A stretch of 64,000 bases of DNA from Antedon mediterranea. Lineage: Eukaryota > Animalia > Echinodermata. The notes under the pieces are model-generated. The model did not search any database. It was not told where the DNA came from and saw nothing but the letters and a program-made list of their open reading frames with translations. This document shows, one piece after another, positions 62,801 to 64,000 of the stretch. Positions within the stretch are counted from its first letter, which is position 1. Every line of letters begins with the position of its first letter. The translations under genes were made by a program, and so were the position numbers. The stretch is taken from assembly GCF_964355755.1 (NCBI RefSeq), contig NC_092674.1, forward strand, positions 24,800,001 through 24,864,000, given 5' to 3'.

Positions 62801-63799
62801 GATTACAACTTACCAGTGACATGGATCACAATGCGGTAAATCTCATATTTGCATATTGGATACCCTATTTGGGCACAAACCTACACCTATTTTAAAGCTC
62901 CAGTATAATTAATTCAATACAGAAAAGACATTGTAACACGTTCTGTAAAGGCCAATGCTCAGCCCTACTATGCCTAATTTCCCTTCCCCAGCCTAAAATT
63001 CCCATCATTAGTTACCCATTATCATAAATAAATACACAATCTTATCAGTTTTCGAGAGTGTAGGCCCACCAATCGAGTCCTTATTATATGTGCATTATTC
63101 ATATCGATCGAGATTTCATTAGGCCTACGTTATAGCAATATGTGGTACAGTCTCTCGGTCCATGGCACATGGGCCCAACGACCTGAATACTATACTTAAT
63201 ATCAATAAATAGTAAATTACTGATTGTGTAATATTATATAGATTAAAATATGTATCGTTATACATATGATCATTTATTATGATATTTATTGCTTTATAAG
63301 CATAATATTATTGTTTATTTTATTTTACCAGGTATTAAAAGTAAGATTATCTATTTAGGTGGAAAAAGCAAAACTATTCTATTATATATGGACTGGATGT
63401 ATGTATGTCACCAACCTCAACATTTTCAAAAAAACACAAGGTTGCAAAGATAACAATAAGGTAGTGTGCCTACACATAGGCATTATAATACAAAAAACAT
63501 TTTAAACGTTATTGTTCGAATCATTAAATCAAGGGCATTTTAGGCCTACGATAATAATCATTTTATGACACATCATTTTTTTAAAGTTTCAGGCAGTCTT
63601 ATTTGTTCACATTAATAACAATTGGTTTTGTTACTTCATGAAGCTCTGTCAACTAGTCAAACTAGCTTGACCAAATAGGTGTAATGTACCCAAATATGGT
63701 AGTTATATGCCTAAATATGGTAGTGATATGACATCATCATGTCCATATATGGCCACATCACATTTTCATAGTGTAGACAGAGCTTTAGTCATCGATTTG

Positions 63800-64000
63800 A
63801 TCGTCATCAACACCATCATACCACCACTGCCATCATCATTGTCATGTTATAGTCATGTCTATCATTATAATAGCGTCGGTATCATAATCATTATCATTAT
63901 CATAGTCATCAGTACAGTATCTCAATCATCATCATACCACTGTCATCATCATTGTCATAATCAATATTGTCATGCCTATCATTATAATACCGTCGGTATC
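63800..64000. repeat. (CAT)n-like low-complexity tract with about 115-bp internal duplication
   Basis: CATCATACCAC...GTCATG.CTATCATTATAATA.CGTCGGTATC occurs twice. Confidence 0.75.

Overview
Eukaryotic, AT-rich, intron-rich genomic DNA, so most of the supplied ORF track is exon fragments or noise. The organism is probably an invertebrate deuterostome such as an echinoderm; this is inferred from Deu-domain SINEs, the TAGGCCTA-rich composition and the gene content. Gene models were assembled by hand from GT-AG junctions. (1) An intact three-exon MPEG1/perforin-2 gene (copy A, minus strand) runs off the left edge. (2) An intact 15-exon 'headless' filamin-rod gene (6056-15906, about 863 aa) has 8 Ig/filamin repeats and no complete CH domain. 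(3) A 16-exon short filamin of the three-CH-domain (jitterbug/FLN-2-like) type (19466-31728, about 1112 aa, 7 repeats) is the parent of (2), which duplicates it exon for exon. (4) Two more MPEG1 copies lie on the plus strand: B is a pseudogene and C is broken by one 11-nt deletion. (5) A complete 22-exon COG3 gene spans 41991-56307 (about 834 aa). Introns are full of MITEs, SINEs, LINE 3' ends and minisatellites. No wholly new system is demonstrable from the sequence alone. The best leads are the headless filamin, the mosaic (gene-conversion-like) MPEG1 cluster with a swapped membrane-binding hairpin tip, a candidate 3-nt Rbfox-flanked microexon in COG3, and a palindromic twin-tRNA element.
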